64,000 bases of DNA from contig JBFWVL010000001.1 in assembly GCA_050246755.1 (NCBI GenBank), forward strand, positions 352,001 to 416,000. The letters run 5' to 3'. The first letter of the stretch is position 1. Each line of letters opens with the position of its first letter. The position numbers and the translations under genes are program-made. The notes below the pieces were generated by a model. That model saw only the letters and a program-made list of their open reading frames with translations. It did not search any database and had not been told where the DNA came from. The DNA comes from Bacteriovoracia bacterium (GTDB lineage Bacteria; Bdellovibrionota; UBA1018; CAIPTA01). This document shows, one piece after another, positions 62,763 through 64,000 of this stretch.

Positions 62763-64000
62763 GCTTCGCTCCCCTTATTGCTCATCAAAATTTTCCGCTT
62801 ACCGCTATACATCGGCTTAAAATAAAACATGGAGATAATCCCGAGCACGATCATCAGCGAGCCCGCATACTTGGTATAGCGGCCGGGGTCGTAATTTACC
62901 GAGAGCACCGAGGTCCGAGGCGTTCCATCGGGATCGGTATCATAGCTGGCCTGGTAAAACGTGAAGCCGCCGTGGTGAAGCGGGGAATTCATGCTGATCT
63001 CGTGTTTTTGTCCGGCCACTTCCACTTCGCTCATGAAAGACTTGGGTTTCGTAGTCCCCTCATAAAAACCGATATTGAATTTATTCAATTTCAGGTCGAA
63101 TCCGAGATCCGCTTGCTTTCGCGTATACTGCACGTAATAAACCGCGTCGCCCACCGAAATTTGCCCGTAAGCTCCCAGCTCCAACCAAATTTTCTCATTC
63201 CCCAGCCCTACCTCGATCGCCTGAAATGGCTCGAATCCGGGGATGGGCTTTTCCAGCGGGCGGTATTCGGCTTTGGGCACGGCCGAAGCGTGGTATTCCT
63301 CGAGAGTGAATTCGAAGTCCATCCAGCCAAGAGGAATCGCCTTTTGCAAAGTAGCGCGCCCTAGCTCGCGGAATTTTTCTCCGGCCTTGGCCACCGCCAA
63401 GCGCGGCGGCGCGAGCGTTTTGCCCTCGAGGTAGAGCATTAGCGTGGGCTTTTCCGGCACGGTATTCAGATCGGGGCGGCCGCGCACGAAACGTACCCGG
63501 GCCGGACCGAGATCTCGGGTAGTTCCCGTATCGGGCTGAAGGAACATCCATTCGCTGAAGTTCGCGCGGCTGCCCGAGAGCCGAAGCTTGAGCGCGGGAT
63601 TCCCGTCCGGAGCCTTCACGTCCTGGGCCTGCACGTCGCGCGTGGCCTGGGGATAAAAGTTCAGGATTTTCAGTTCCTGCTCGGCGCCGGTGTTTTCCTG
63701 AAAACGGATGGTTTCCGGCTTCGCGAGGGGTTTGCGAAGATCGAAGTTCAGGGGACGATTCACCACGAGCTCGTAAGTTTTCCCCTGCACGGCCCGGAAA
63801 ACGTAGAGCATATTTTCATCCATGCGCACGTGCCGGCCCGCCTCCCCTGGAGAGAGCGCAAGAATTCCATCGATACCGGCGCGCTGAGTAACCCAGGAGC
63901 CCAGCAACAGGGTGATGATGCCGAGGTGAGTGATCAAAAATCCGATATGGTGCCGGCGCCACGGCAACCGGCTGAGCGCCACGGCCGCAAGATTCATCAT
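62759..64000 (-). CDS. resB: Cytochrome c biogenesis protein ResB/Ccs1 (5' end probably outside the window)
   Basis: GF.ITHLG...L.G, ISMN.PL..GG..FYQASY, LSVN.DPG; overlaps ccsA. Confidence 0.85.
   Translation of the reverse strand: MMNLAAVALSRLPWRRHHIGFLITHLGIITLLLGSWVTQRAGIDGILALSPGEAGRHVRMDENMLYVFRAVQGKTYELVVNRPLNFDLRKPLAKPETIRFQENTGAEQELKILNFYPQATRDVQAQDVKAPDGNPALKLRLSGSRANFSEWMFLQPDTGTTRDLGPARVRFVRGRPDLNTVPEKPTLMLYLEGKTLAPPRLAVAKAGEKFRELGRATLQKAIPLGWMDFEFTLEEYHASAVPKAEYRPLEKPIPGFEPFQAIEVGLGNEKIWLELGAYGQISVGDAVYYVQYTRKQADLGFDLKLNKFNIGFYEGTTKPKSFMSEVEVAGQKHEISMNSPLHHGGFTFYQASYDTDPDGTPRTSVLSVNYDPGRYTKYAGSLMIVLGIISMFYFKPMYSGKRKILMSNKGSEA

Overview
A 64 kb, GC-rich, gene-dense bacterial chromosomal window. 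The Alternative Complex III/caa3 synteny, the many Cys-containing secreted orphans and the FliA-type promoters suggest a Bdellovibrionota-like organism (inference). I see no rRNA, tRNA, CRISPR array or mobile element. Main blocks: (1) 1.5-12.5 kb, a tryptophan-catabolism cluster; (2) 14.7-20.5 kb, propionyl-CoA carboxylase plus methylmalonyl-CoA mutase; (3) 20-45 kb, housekeeping, regulatory and secreted genes; (4) 44.8-64 kb, ACIII, an A2-type caa3 oxidase, haem A/O synthesis and System II cytochrome c maturation. Block 1 is the main finding. Tryptophan 2,3-dioxygenase and kynurenine formamidase cluster with a 2-aminophenol 1,6-dioxygenase meta-cleavage pathway that includes an AmnA-RidA fusion. 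No kynureninase, kynurenine 3-monooxygenase, 3-hydroxyanthranilate dioxygenase or ACMSD is present in the window. Instead there is a luciferase-like flavin monooxygenase and a motif-altered asparaginase II. My hypothesis is an undescribed route: kynurenine -> Baeyer-Villiger oxidation -> beta-aspartyl-2-aminophenol -> L-aspartate + 2-aminophenol. Other findings: a set of mostly leaderless sigma28 promoters, an enhancer-binding protein lacking GAFTGA, a cytochrome c oxidase subunit IV-cytochrome c fusion, and a poly-T frameshift in a signal peptide.
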